Of a stretch of DNA of 64,000 bases, positions 50,313-64,000 are shown in pieces. Both the position numbers and the translations under genes were made by a program. The stretch is taken from assembly GCF_009914755.1 (NCBI RefSeq), contig NC_060927.1, one strand, 5' to 3'. The notes under the pieces were generated by a model. The model did not search any database, had not been told where the DNA came from, and saw only the letters and a program-made list of their open reading frames with translations. Positions within the stretch are counted from its first letter, which is position 1. Every line of letters starts with the position of its first letter. The DNA is from the human T2T-CHM13v2.0 reference genome, Homo sapiens.

Positions 50313-50673
50313 ATTGATCTTTAAATTATTTCCTGAAGCAGATTCCTAGAATTGGAATTTTTGGTTAAAAGGGTATGTGCATTTTAAAGACTTTTTGAAA
50401 CATAATATCTAGTTGCCTGCCAGAAGAAAATCTCATCAAGTTTATCCTTTACTCCCCGTGCAGGGGTGGGTGTGTGTGCTCATTTTCTGGAACCAATACC
50501 AATCCTGAGTATTCTAATTAAAAAAACAAAAAACAAAAAACAGCAACAACAAAAAACTCTTGTTAAGGAAGGTTTTTAAAGGGGGCTGTTCATATAGATG
50601 AGAGTCTGGTGTTACTGTTCGTGGCTAACCAAACTTCCCCTTGACTTCCTGATCCAGAATTCCAAGGCTTTAG

Positions 50674-51017
<344 letters not shown>

Positions 51018-52764
51018 AAAAATAGTATTTGAAGAAGTGAATGAAGAAATGATTGGATACACCTGCCTCTGCTAATGGCCTCAGCTTGGCCACCTCCCAC
51101 GGCAGTAGCTTGGGAAGGGGGTCTGAGGGAGTGGCCACTGTTCCCACCCTGGCCTCCATGAAGGAAGGGACCCTGCCCACTGGAGGAGGAGAGAATAAAG
51201 GAAAGCCTATGGCCTGGCTTTGTCCTTTTCAATCTCACACTCAGATATGCAAAACTGTAATCTTTATTTTCTTATAGTAAATGTAATTTCTGACTTGGCA
51301 GAAAGTTTTGATTTTAGTCATTTCCAAGTAAACTCAATCCAGTTCAGAATTTTCTCTGCAAGTTCAGGTTTATAATTCAGTCACATTCACGTTAAAATTC
51401 CCCCTCAGATCTTTTTAGTCTTCCTCCCCCACCTTCCTGGGGCATATTCTAATCACTTAGATGTTTGTGCAACTGCCTCATTGTCCTCAGAGGAGGTCAC
51501 TGTCTGCCTCTTCGTTGTGACTTGTCTTGGACTTTTGCTGCCCTGCCACTCCAGACACATTCTCTGATGGCCACCTGGACAGTCTGTAGGACAGCGATGG
51601 ACTTCCCAGGGCTCCCCAGGGTGGGAAACGTGCTCAGATGCAACCTCATCTGCTGTTGTGTGAAGGGAACCTCCCGCCTTCTTCTGCTACATGGCACTTG
51701 TCCCAGCCTTAGCACGTCTCTCAGCATTGCTTTTTTTGTCCTTCTAAGAGCCCAAGGCAATACTTCTTTATAAATACATTTACAACTCAGAAAAAAAATT
51801 GTCTCCAATCACATGTCCTGATTTTGACTCAGAAAAATCTGTTTATTATACCTACAGCTGACTTGGAAATATGGGAGGGACTATAGAAATATTGTTTCAA
51901 AGATCCAGTAGATAGATTCTTATCTATCCCTTTTACGCATAAAAGCAACTACATTTCTCCCACTTGGACTTGTGTTGTCCATACAAATGTTTATTTTGAT
52001 ATATGAATGCACCCTTGGCATTCACTGATTTAACATTCCTGGTTTCCACTATTTGCAGATGACCCAGAAGATTTATGACGTGGAGCAATTTGTTCTTCTG
52101 CTCCAGCACAGATTTGAATCACATGCTGTCTGGCTGCAGTGGCCTGGGAGACACTTAGCTGGGGTGTACACTTAGCTGACTGCCCAGAAGCCCTGCCATG
52201 CAAATTCACTATTTTGATTTCTTCTTACATATTCTGTTATTTTCATTATGCATCTAATTACAATGTTTTAGTTCATTTCACTGCGTTTAATGGGAGAAAT
52301 TCTATTACGTACTATGATAAATTTCATGAATCTAGGCTTTTGACAAGTACTGACATGTATTCCTTGGGGATACATCTAGGGTGTGTACCACAAGGCTTCC
52401 CTCTACTACCAATAATCCTGACCCCCTGCTCTCCCCACGAGGGTATGCTTGTGCTTGGAGAAATGCTCACAGCAAGGCAGGAATGCAGGGATGCTGGAGC
52501 AGCAGCTTGAGCACCTGGGAGTGGCCAGAGATCACTCAACTACCTTTGTACCAGGTGAACAGCCAACCTGAAAACTCTGCAGCCTGAGTTTCTTCCCTCT
52601 GAAGGCAATAAAGTGGCCACATGCCTACGCAGGAAGGAAGAAGAGGAATGGGGCAGGCAACCTGCAAACTCCAGCCCCAGCTTGCTCCAGCCCAACCAGG
52701 AGAATCCATGTTGCCAGTGGCCAAGGCCAGCTATCTGTTTACTGAGACTCCAAATGTGACTCTG

Positions 52765-52915
52765 AGACCCGCCCCCTCCAATCACATGGGAGCTTGTTAA
52801 AAATAGAGATGCTCAAGTCTCATTAAATCCGAATCTCTGGGGGTGAGGCCTGGACTTTGTTAGTATTTAAAATATCTCACATGATTCTAATCTGTGCTGG
52901 GACTGAGAATCACTA
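52765..52915. mobile_element. MER5A/B fragment
   Basis: atcacatgggagcttgttaaaaat..gaatctctgggggtgaggcc..tgattctaat..ctgagaatcact. Confidence 0.75.
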
Positions 52916-53611
52916 GGCCAGAATAATAGCTTTTCTTGACCCTGAAGAGACTGGTAGCATGGCTATGTGCTTTCTATAGGCCAGAGACACTTCACAGCCA
53001 CATTATACTCCAGATATTCCCAACTTGGATACGACTATGTCTTCGCAATTGATGTCCACCTTGCTGGCTATCCCTTCTCTGTGAAGCTCACTTCTATTCA
53101 TTCTTCAATACTCAGCATGAGCATCTCCTTCTCTAAGAGGCCTTTGCAATGACCTTCCCTCCCAGACTACCACTGTCACCTCCACTTCCTGGCTGGTTAG
53201 ACACTTCTGTGTCCCCAAAGCCCCAGTACTCTGAATGTTAGCACCTTTCACATTGTTTCTTTCCTATGGACCTTGTAGGCCTGTATTTTTCATCTCTTCT
53301 CCTCTAGCTCTTCACATGGTGCATGACACACACATGCATGTACATGCATCCACATGGGCACATGGCTACACACGCACACATGTCCACATGGGCAGTCACT
53401 TGCAGTGACTGCTACATGAGTGGACCAAGTTCAGATTATAAAGCCCAAGACCTCAGAGGTTGTATTAAACAGAAGGAAAAAATGGGTTACTCAAAGTTAA
53501 ATGATGATATCTACTTAGATAAATGAAAAACAAAAGTATGACTTTTTTTTGTTTCCTCTTGAAATGGAGCCTACTATTCTTTGTGTAAAGTTATGGGGCA
53601 ATGATATTAGC

Positions 53612-53940
53612 ACTGTGGTTCTCAACTTGGTAGCACATTGGGATCACCTGGAGAGTGTCACAAACTACTGATGCGTGAGTCTCACCCCAGATATTCTGAT
53701 TGAATTGGCTTAGGGTCCAGGTGATTACAATGAACAGGAAAGTTTCAGAGCCCGTCATCCAGCGCTCTGTCTCAAACTTGAAAGTGTCTTAGGAGCCACC
53801 TGTGGAGTTTGTGAATTGGGCAGAACCGTGGGTCCTGTCTTGGAGATTCAGATTTGGAAGGACTGATTTGTTGACGGTTAGCAAACATCCCAGGTTATTC
53901 TGATGGGGGTGCTCCTCCGCCAGGCTTTGAAAAGCCTTGA
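53612..53940. mobile_element. two adjacent MER5-type fragments
   Basis: gtggttctcaacttgg..atcacctggagag..attctgattgaattgg; tctcaaacttg..ccaggttattctgatg. Confidence 0.6.
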
Positions 53941-54009
53941 CTTAGGCAACTGGCTCTGAAACCTTCTACCAGAGCATACTGATAGCTGAGGGGAAGGCTC
54001 ATGTTTGAG

Positions 54010-54250
54010 TTTTCCAGGCTCAGCGTTTCCCTTTTCACAACTCCAATATCTCTACAGCGTTACACCTCAGATGCACACATGCACATATCGTTTCTATGCA
54101 GTATTAAATATTTGTGATTTTAAATCATACTTTATATCTCTCCTAGGGAACTGCAACTCTCTGGGGCTGGGATTATTCATTTTGTTTTTTCCCTGCTTAT
54201 ACTTGGCACAGCGCCGTGCAAATAATAAGTGCTTAATAAATGTTGGTAGA
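54010..54250 (+). mobile_element. L2 3' end
   Basis: cttggcacagcgcc..taagtgcttaataaatgttgg. Confidence 0.6.
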
Positions 54251-55131
54251 AGGAAAGGGGTAGAAAAAGTATTTAGGTGTTGTTCTGACTCAGCAGCTCG
54301 CCTAATTCAATTTAAAACAAAAGATGGCCAGGAGAGGCGCATGGAAGGTGACATTAGTGTGAATTCACATCAATTTCTAATATTTTCAGTTATAAGGCCA
54401 GGCTTAAAACATGTTTTGAAACAGTTTCTTGAGGTGTACATTTTAATTGCCAAATCATTTTCCTTCTCTCCCTGCCCCAGATGTTTACAGTAGCTGCCGT
54501 CTCAGTGAAATGGAGTTAAGGAGGAACAGTGGCAGGCTCCAGTTTGCTCAGCTCGGAGGGCATGTTCCATTAGAACTCTTCTCTCCCATCTTATTTAGGT
54601 TCTGAAAAGCACTCTCTGAAGCCTGGGGAGGAGGCTGCCCTCCCCGCTGCCATCCTCTTCTGTTTTTCAGTTAAGATGTCATTTTGTCCTTCTGAAACTG
54701 TCCTCCTTCTTCATCTCCACACCTCCGTGGTGAGGAGAGAGGCGGGCTTTAAGGGGCTGGCAGCTGTGGCCTCCCTTGCCAGTCTGGCTGGCTGGCCTCC
54801 TCCCCTCTGAGGCTGGGGTCCTTGGTTTGTTGTTACTGTGAAGAGGGTAGGGCTGCAGGTTTGGGGATGGGCAAGTCCCTCTCTGGTTTCCTTGCATATC
54901 TTTCCCCTTCTGTTCTGTTGTCTACTCATTTCTAGGTCTTTACCTGGAAGACAGAAGCTCTTCAGTAAGGAAAATCTGGGGACTGTTGCTCCCTCCCCAC
55001 TTGGCACAGGGTGAAGGAGAAGGCTCTAGACTAGGCCTACAATCTGCTTCCTGCCTCTCAGTTGGACACTGGGTTTACTAATACAGAACGCGACCCTCCT
55101 TCTTAAGTCTTGGAAATCATCTCTTTCTTTG

Positions 55132-55429
55132 CACGGATACAGCAAACTCTTTCTGTAAAGGGCTGGATGGTCTCTGTCACAACTACTTGACTCTGCCGTT
55201 GTAGTGAAAGCAAGGATAGATAACACATGAACAAATAGTCATGGGTGTGCCAATAGAACCTTATTTAGGGACACTGGACATTTGAATTTCATGCAATTTT
55301 CACGTGTCACAAAATATTCTTATGATCTTTCAGCCATTTAAAATGTGAAAACCACTCTTAGCTCACAGGCTGTACAAAAACAGTCAGCAGGCCGGATTTA
55401 GCCTGTGGTCTGGAGTCTGCAAACCCCTG
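55132..55429. mobile_element. MER58B-like hAT-Charlie element
   Basis: gcaaact..ttctgtaaagggc..gtctctgtcacaactact..ggccggatttagcc..gcaaacccctg. Confidence 0.85.
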
Positions 55430-56470
55430 TAGAGTGCCTTTAAAAGAGAAATAAGGAAGAAGGAATGGGGATAATTTTTTTTCCATAAACTATAATGGAA
55501 TGCTCTCTATAGACCCATGCATATGGGCTTTAGCATGTGAAAGGGTCTCTAGGAGTCTAGAAACCCAGTGGGTTGAGCATTCTTATCTGGAAACAGCTTC
55601 TGAACTATGTTTAGTAAAGGTTTTAGAATATGATCGAGGGTGCATTCCTTTGTCTCTCTAAATCAAATATAACTTGCTCTGAGCCCACATGAATGTGACT
55701 GGTAGAAAGCTCAATCTCTGATTAGTCGTTTTTTTGGGGATTATATAAGAAATCGGGTTTGTTTGGTACTCACAGGGCACAATGGAGATGCCCGTTTCCA
55801 GGCCATGGTGCTGCCTCCTGTCATTACTCTGCACTTTCTACTTGGTGCTGGTGTTGAGGCTGGTTGACTGGTGACACTGGGAGTTCAGGCAGACATTTGC
55901 TTCCTGTTGACTGCTGTGGACCTCACCACCTGTTGTGCTGTCAGTGTCCCCTTCTACAGGAATCCTGTGGTATTGGGAGTGAAGCATGGAAGAGGAAGCT
56001 GTGTCTATTATCATGGGGGATCTTTCCATCCACTAAGAAAACTCAAATCCAAACAAAAGCCTTCCCATCCTAAAGCTCCTCAACTTTTGTCTCCACTATG
56101 CTTGATCTCGCTGTTTCAGCCTAATGAATAAGACAGTTTTCTCTATCTCCAAATCTCACCAACCCTTCTCTATTCACGGGCGATTCCAGAGAAATTTCTC
56201 TTTCTGGGTGAAGTATACAAAGACCTGAGATATTTAGAAGCACGACACTCTCCTCTTTGGGGGTCTGGGACTGTAATGGGAAGGGTTAGGAAAAGGAGAT
56301 GCTAATATTAGTTAATTTCTTTCATAATAACACACCCTTTTATTTCCTTCCTTTGTACCAGTCCCTGCAAGAAAATGTCCCAGCAACTTCTTGGTTGCCT
56401 CATGACTTCCTTCTTCTTTAGGGGTTTGTCCTGGTTGGAAGCAAAAATTAGAAAGAGATGAGTCCTGTAG

Positions 56471-56833
<363 letters not shown>

Positions 56834-58124
56834 TAGAGTGTTATCTGAATAGGAAAAAGTAGTTTTAGGCCAAATGTTGAAGAGCTGGTGCTAAGGAGTC
56901 TGGACTGTATTTTATAAGCAATGGAGAACTTTATGGAGAAAGACAACACACTTGGATTCTTTCTTTTGGGTAAAACTCGGCAGCCGTGTGGATGCTGGAT
57001 TAGAGGAGAGCAATCCAGAGGTGGGAGCCTGTTATTTGACTCCTCCAATAATTTACTCAACCCACGTTCAGATTCTTTACACACACATCTGCCCACCGCT
57101 TTCCCTAGATTGGGATTCTCTCAAGAGTAGAGATTGTTAGCTTCAATTTTAACTCCCTCCGCTCCCAGCCCCCAGATCCTCGAATGTATTAGCTTTCACA
57201 TTTTTGGCAGTTAATAAATATTGACTGAATTAGATTAGTCCCAAATGAGCTCTTAGAATAAAAACACTCAAAAATAAAGAATCTCCATTTTTCACAAAGT
57301 TTTTACTGTGGTGTGCTGTTGGAGTGAATCACCTTAGTCAAAACAAGCTATTTTGGCAATAAAACCAATGACAGACTTAGGTAAAAACTTCCCCCTCCCC
57401 CACATGTTAATACGAGAAACTTAATTCTCTACTCTGTTTTATAATATATATCCATGGCAATAGACTATTAAAATCGCATTCTCAAGTTATAAATACCATA
57501 AACCACATTTTCACATGGTGGCCTAGCCACTGTCTTTTGCAACAATTTGGCATGGAATTACAAGTAGCATCCATTAAATTTCATATGCCCTTTAATTTTT
57601 TTATCTCTTCATTTGCATGCATGTATTTTATAATCATTCATTCTGGTAATAAAACCCACAGGATCTTAAATTGAACTGAAGTCCCAGATGCTTTAAAAGA
57701 ATTTATGTTGCATAATTGTACTGGTTGACCTGAAAACAAACAACAACATATGATTTAAATATTCTGCCCAGGAGCGGAGTCAAACTCTTCCTTAAAATTC
57801 TGTGGTTTCTATTGACCGACTTATTGTGAGGGAAAGATTCAGAAAACTAAAGGGACTATAAAAATGACAAAGCAAAGGAAGCAGACAGTAGTGGCTTTCT
57901 GAAGATTTTATCATCTAGAACCATATGCATATTTCAAATGAAATATTTGTGAAGCAGCTACAGAGCTTATTCCCCAGTCAGGGAGGGGAGTCAGTGGATT
58001 AACACCAATGATTTGTTTATGGAGACAAAGGAAAATAACTCTACTTACTTCAACAGGAATAACCTGAGAAAGCCTAGGCAGGAGAAATGTTTAGTATTTG
58101 GAGGAACTTCCCAGGACTTGAATT

Positions 58125-58658
58125 TGTTGTCCATTTTTATGTAACAAAATACATCCAAACTTAGCAGCTTAAGGCCACAGATATCTTTTTCTGTGGCTCA
58201 GGGGCCTGGGAGTATTTTAGCTGGGTTGTTCTGGCTTAAGGTCTCCATGAGGTTGCAGTGAAGCTGTTTGACAGGGCTGCAGTCTCACATGAACACTCAG
58301 CTGGGGAATGATCGTTTTCTAACTCACTCACATGGTTGCTGACAGGTTTTAGTTCCTTGCTTGCTGTTGGCTGGAGACTTTAGTTCCTCACTCACCGTGT
58401 GTGCCTCTCTGAAGTGGCCTAAGCGTCTTCATGATATGACAGCTGGCTTTCCCCAGAGTGAGTGATTCAAGACAGAAACAGAAAGAAAGAATACCCAAGT
58501 CGGAAGTTGCACACTTTTACTAACCCACTGTCAGAAGTGCTGTTATATGGGGTTGGTTATCCAGACCAACCCTGGTACAGCGAGGGAACATATAACACGA
58601 GGGTATGAATCCTGCAGGTGGGGGTCATTGGTGGGTATCTTAGAGACTGCCTCCCCCA
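58125..58658 (-). mobile_element. MLT1 MaLR solo LTR
   Basis: tgtaacaaaatacatccaaacttagcagcttaa..gcagtgaagctg..gggtcattgg..atcttagagactgcct. Confidence 0.82.
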
Positions 58659-58939
58659 GGGTTGGACTGGGTAGGGACAGTGACTCAGGGCCACAACCTG
58701 GAGATGGCTTATAAATCATGCCCTTGTTTGATGAAATGTTAAAGAAAAAGAGGAGAGAGGGCTGAAGTAACAAGGTGGCTCTCAGCTGCTTTCCTTTTCA
58801 TCTTCTACCCAATGCTACATCTCCACACCTTTTTCTTTGAGCTGTTCCTGGAGAACACCAGAATAATGACTGGAGAGAACCCTTGTTTAGTCATCAGGAG
58901 TCATGTGATCTGGGTTTAAATGTGGTTTGACCACGAAAA

Positions 58940-59145
58940 ACTTGGAGGCAGAAGGATGTATTATTAAATGAGTATAGACTTTAGAGTTTAATAAGTTTCA
59001 CTCAAAGTCAGGCCTCAGCCCTTACTGGATGTGTGATCTTTGGTAAAGCATAGGCAAGCCTTGTGAGGTTGAGTGTGTTTGTACATTTTACCTTTTAGGA
59101 TAATATTTTACCTTTTAGGCTGGTTGAAGGTTAAATAAAATGCGA
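58940..59145 (+). mobile_element. MIR remnant
   Basis: cttactggatgtgtgatctttgg..gaaggttaaataa. Confidence 0.5.
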
Positions 59146-59550
59146 TTTCCCTTGCTTGTTCCCTGTGGGATATTAAATCATCCCTTCACTTCTCTGGATT
59201 GTATCTCAATGGGAAAATGACAATGACAGGGGCTTCTACCCAGTGGGGTCACTGATGTGCTCTCTTTGGGACTCTGAAGTTCTGAGCTATGCCTTAGCAA
59301 GCAGATTATGCAATCTGTGCAGGGGGCTGGGCTGGGGATGGACACAAGATCAAACCTACACTATGGTGACGGTGGGGATGGGCAGGGGCAGGATGAAGAG
59401 ACGGGCTGAGAGCTGGGCTTTTCCTTATGCCTGAAAAACATTTTTTCACAATGTTTAAAGGGAATATAAGAAAGAAATCTGATTGATGGTTGCATATTTT
59501 TGGTATTGCAGAAATAAGAGAAATTGTCTAGTAAAAACAATCTTAGATAA

Positions 59551-59884
<334 letters not shown>

Positions 59885-59892
59885 TGAGACAA

Positions 59893-60128
59893 TTTTTTTT
59901 TTGTCGCCCAGGCTGGAGTGCAGTGGTGTGATCTCGCTCACTGCAAACTCTGCCTCCCGGGTTCATGCCATTCTCCTGCCTCAGCCTCCTGAGTAGCTGG
60001 GACTACAGGCGCCTCCCACGACGCCTGGCTAATGTTTTGTATTTTTAGTAGAGATGAGGTTTCACCGTGTTAGCCAGGATGGTCTCGATCTCCTGACCTT
60101 GTGATCTGCCTGCCTGGGCCTCCCAAAG
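59893..60128 (-). mobile_element. AluY clipped at both ends
   Basis: poly-T joins directly to gtcgcccagg; stops at cctcccaaag. Confidence 0.92.
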
Positions 60129-60802
60129 GACATTTTTTTTTTAAATGACAAGGAATAGAAATCCACTAGCTCAAGTTCAGAAAGGCAGTTGGTGGAGGAT
60201 GGGGTTAAGTAAACTCAAAGAATCCAACTGGAACTGGGAACTAGAAATCAGAAATGAGGCTATTTTCACTGTCTCTGTGGAGTTTGTTTCTTTAAGTTCT
60301 CTCTGGTGCCTTTCTTGACCTACTCTCCCTGCTTGCCCGTCTTGCAGGACACTATTGGCCCCAGCTTTGCATCATAGCCTTTGGGCTCAGTACCCACTAC
60401 AGCCTATCTTTATGTCCTGTTTGCTCAGATTTGAAGAAAGAGGATCTTACTGGTCAGTGTTTAGAAAGCAAATTGGCTGGCTTTTGCTTATATGTCCATC
60501 CTAAAACTGGTTACATGGCAGTTTTCTAGAAGGAACTGCAAGAGAGACAGTCAATAAAATTGCATTTGGGAAATTATTTCACCCAATAATACATGGTGAG
60601 TATGTAGAATGAAAGTGGTTATCTGGCTACCTCTTTGCATTTAGGAGGACAAGGGTGGGGGATGGAAAAGTTTGAAGCTCAATGCAGAGGAGCTAATAGA
60701 CAATAGACAGTCTGTCTCAATTCTAGGGGATACAAATCTGGGGGTGGGGAAAAGAGAAATCTCCTTTTTTCTTGTACCTAAAGTAATGCACATTCTCTAA
60801 GT

Positions 60803-61137
60803 CAGTAGTTCCCAGACCTTGAGAGCTCTTGGAGTAATAGAATTAGAAAAAATCAGGGACTGACATAGGTTGTGGATTTTATATTTTGCCAAGTAAAATA
60901 TCTTAAGCCCTTCACAATTACTATCTTTTTTTATCATTTCATAAAACAACAAAAAAAGTATTTCCAAAGAAATGCAAAGGACATACAGACTACAGAATAG
61001 TTCTCTAAATTAAATAGATTTAGCCTTATGACAAATCAACTATATTGTCCTTATTTACTTCCTCTCACTCCATGCAAACTGTTAAAAATTTCATCACGGG
61101 CTGATGCTTGTAGGCTGACTTGTGTGTGGGAACTGTT
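60803..61137. mobile_element. hAT-Charlie-like remnant
   Basis: TIR-like ends cagtagttccca / tgggaactgttg. Confidence 0.5.
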
Positions 61138-63826
61138 GCTGTAGTTTATAAGGAGGGACACATAGGTCATAGAAGGTTAGAGTAAGTCATCTAGTGACAA
61201 GATGAAAAAAACTGAGCCGTATTTGATCATTCATTCATTAGACAAATATGTGTTGAGTACCACTATGTGGTTCATAGATATTTAATAACTTATTTAAGAA
61301 TACTAATTAATTTTTGTTAGTTAATTGCAGGATTGGGCAAAAAATTAGTAATCTTTCTTCTTATGCCTTTCAAATTGGATGGATATGGGGAGATTAAACC
61401 CAATTATTAAACATGCTGGAGCAAGACTTTTAAAAACAGGGGTCAGATCCAAACTAAACCTCCAGAAAAAAAGTTGAACTATCCATAACCATTCAAATGT
61501 AAAGAAATTGCATTTGCCAATGTCCTGAGATGTAAAAACCGGAATCATTTTGATGAAGTGAAATCTTTAATTTAAAATTTCTTTTACTTTTTAATCTTCG
61601 GTTAACACTACTTATATAAATGCATATATGTGGAAACCCTTTTTATTTCAAGGAAGAGTGCTTATATAGCTGTGTTTTTGTACAGAATCATTTCCCCCCT
61701 CATTCTTCAGGGCACTGTATCATTTATGTGAGTGTCTGGAAATTTCCTAATTCTTAAGATTTCTGATCATGACCACATTTCATTCAGGTGGTGCTCCTCT
61801 TCAGATAAAAAAGTTTGAATAAAACCTTTATCTTTGTTTGACAGAGAGAAAAAGTAAAGGCAGAGTGTCCCAATTCTCTCAGTTTCCATTAACTTTAAAC
61901 GGAAGCTTTGCCTGTGGAAAGGAAGATAGTCTGATGGCAAGGAGACTGAGGAGATTAAGTGGCTTTCACACCACCATGTAGGATGTCATTCACTGAATAC
62001 CTAGATAACCTGATTTCCAGATCCACACTGAGCTATCTGCTCCACTCCATGCTGTCAGTAAGGGTCCTGATTTACTCTGGGACCTTTGCCTACCTTCCAG
62101 TTGAGTTACAGGGCAAGCGATTTGCACTTTAATGTAGTTGCAAAGTCGGTGAACGTCGTTCCTCTGTGTTCCATTCCCATTGCTAAATGTCATTCATATG
62201 TTTCTGGGCCATTTCCCCCCTCTTAAATGCATTTATAGGATTGAAGAATTTACATGAAACTATGTTTGGCTTTAAATGATGAGGAATTTAGTAAATGCAG
62301 AAAAAAACCATAAGCACAATGAAAAATCACCAGTAACCCCATTTCCCAAAGCAAACCACTGTTAGCACTTTGGCATATAGCCTTTTCCTACCCTGTAAAA
62401 TAGAAAAAAAAAAAGATGTTATTTAGAACAGCAGTGACTAAAGAAGCATCTGCATTCTGGAGGAGTGGCATAATTCATCTCGGGTGCGTTTTTTTGTGTG
62501 TTTTTTTTTTTTTTTTTTCAGGCCAGCAATTACTCAGGAGTAATTCTGAATATGGACAACAGAATCCAGATAAACCTCATATTTGAAAAGCCAAATTTAA
62601 GACTTGACACATACATCCAAAGATAGGTATTAATCCACAGTTTGCAAGAAGTAAGAATTAGCACCCTATACAAGAAACAAAAAAGGAGAAACAATAATTC
62701 AGTCAAATTGTGGCATTGTATCTATTTACGCACAGCAACAACTACCTCTGTTTATTGTCATGCTCATTCAGGTTATAAGAGTGTTACTGCTTTTTGGCTT
62801 TACATCTTGTAATACAGTGGTTCCCCACCACCCCCTCCATTGTGATCAAGGACTGAAGCGGGGGGGGGGGGGAAGAGAGAGACTTAGTGAGCCATGACAC
62901 AATTAAGATTTTGCATTGTAATGTCTCTCTGGTTTGTTGTGTTTTGTCAAAGACATGCCTGGTATCTATTGTTTTTATTATTTCCAGCTGTCCTAATTAT
63001 TTCTCTCATTTGATTTTAATTCAGCTTTCAAAGAGGAGCTGGCTTGCCAGGTGGTTACTATTTTTTCTAAACTCTTTCAGCTCTAATTAAAAAAGACGTC
63101 CAAAGAAAGTCATTATTTCAGCATTTACTTGTAACATATTTATGACCCCATTGAAGAGGGAGTCACGTGTTCTCAGGCTGATTTCTATTGTTTGCACTGC
63201 ACTCAGGCTCAAGGAGATAAGAAATAGGCACAGCCTTCGGAATGAGTGTGAATTTCTTCTTAAAGGAAAAAAAAAGCTGCTTTCTTCACTGGAAAGAAAT
63301 AAAACGTTGTAATAAGGCAAATGTCGCATATAAATACCCTTAAAAAAGTAGTCCAAATTAAGATTCATTGCTGCTTAAACTTTTAGTTTTCATGAGCTAG
63401 GTTTATTTGTGTTAGATTTTAATAACTGAAATACTAAAGTTGGTGAAAAAGGATATAAAAGGCTGGATCTAGGGACAAAGGGGAACATGAGGCCAAGTTC
63501 AGCTCCTTAGGGTTTGTTGGGCCATTTATTGATTTATTTATCTTTGGGAAGTGAAACAAATAAGTAAATTTTCTCATTATTAATTAACAGGTCAATTATC
63601 ATCTGCTCTGCAGTTTCCTTTGGGAGAGGCAGAGCCCTGCATTCACAGATGTTTTCCCATCTTTACTCCATCAACCTTCTCCCCAACTTGCCTCATTGCC
63701 GAAGGGTAATCTCAGTCCCATCTGGATCTATCCTCTTCACCCTTGCCATGTGCCCCCGATGCCTCTTCACTAACTTCCTTGGCTATCCTGTCACATCTAG
63801 GCACCACCACCTTTCACTCCTCCTAA

Positions 63827-64000
<174 letters not shown>

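Noticed and set aside
52059-52175. Acceptor followed by ATG (ttgcag|ATGACCCAGAAG..), 38-codon ORF
   Set aside because: No recognisable protein, no convincing donor, early stop
54005-54493. 162-aa ORF
   Set aside because: Non-ATG start, overlaps an L2 remnant, no recognisable domain

Overview
Hominid (most likely human) non-coding genomic DNA, dominated by transposable elements. I recognise no host protein-coding exon, tRNA, rRNA or CRISPR array. Main features: (1) a near-full-length L1PA2-type LINE-1 on the minus strand (about 19921-25930). Its ORF2 is open but carries a stop-loss extension (1302 aa) and an N14S change at an endonuclease active-site residue. ORF1 is broken by two compensating homopolymer indels, the antisense ORF0 is intact, and the 5' end lacks the YY1 site. 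(2) A full-length SVA (minus strand, 43376-44900) inserted into the left terminal inverted repeat of a Tigger3 DNA-transposon remnant. (3) About 33 Alu elements, plus MaLR LTRs, MER2/MER5/MER58/MER82 DNA elements, and MIR/L2/old-L1 fragments. (4) A short retrocopy of an unidentified mRNA 3' end. (5) An AT-rich palindrome with 82-bp arms at 12976-13317 that looks like a templated inverted duplication. (6) A CpG-enriched unique segment with a perfect splice donor near 8.2-8.65 kb, a candidate promoter/first exon. Subfamily names are from recalled consensus sequences, not from a search. Most short ORFs in the track are Alu/SVA/L1 artefacts. I see no evidence of a genuinely new biological system; the findings are locus-specific oddities.
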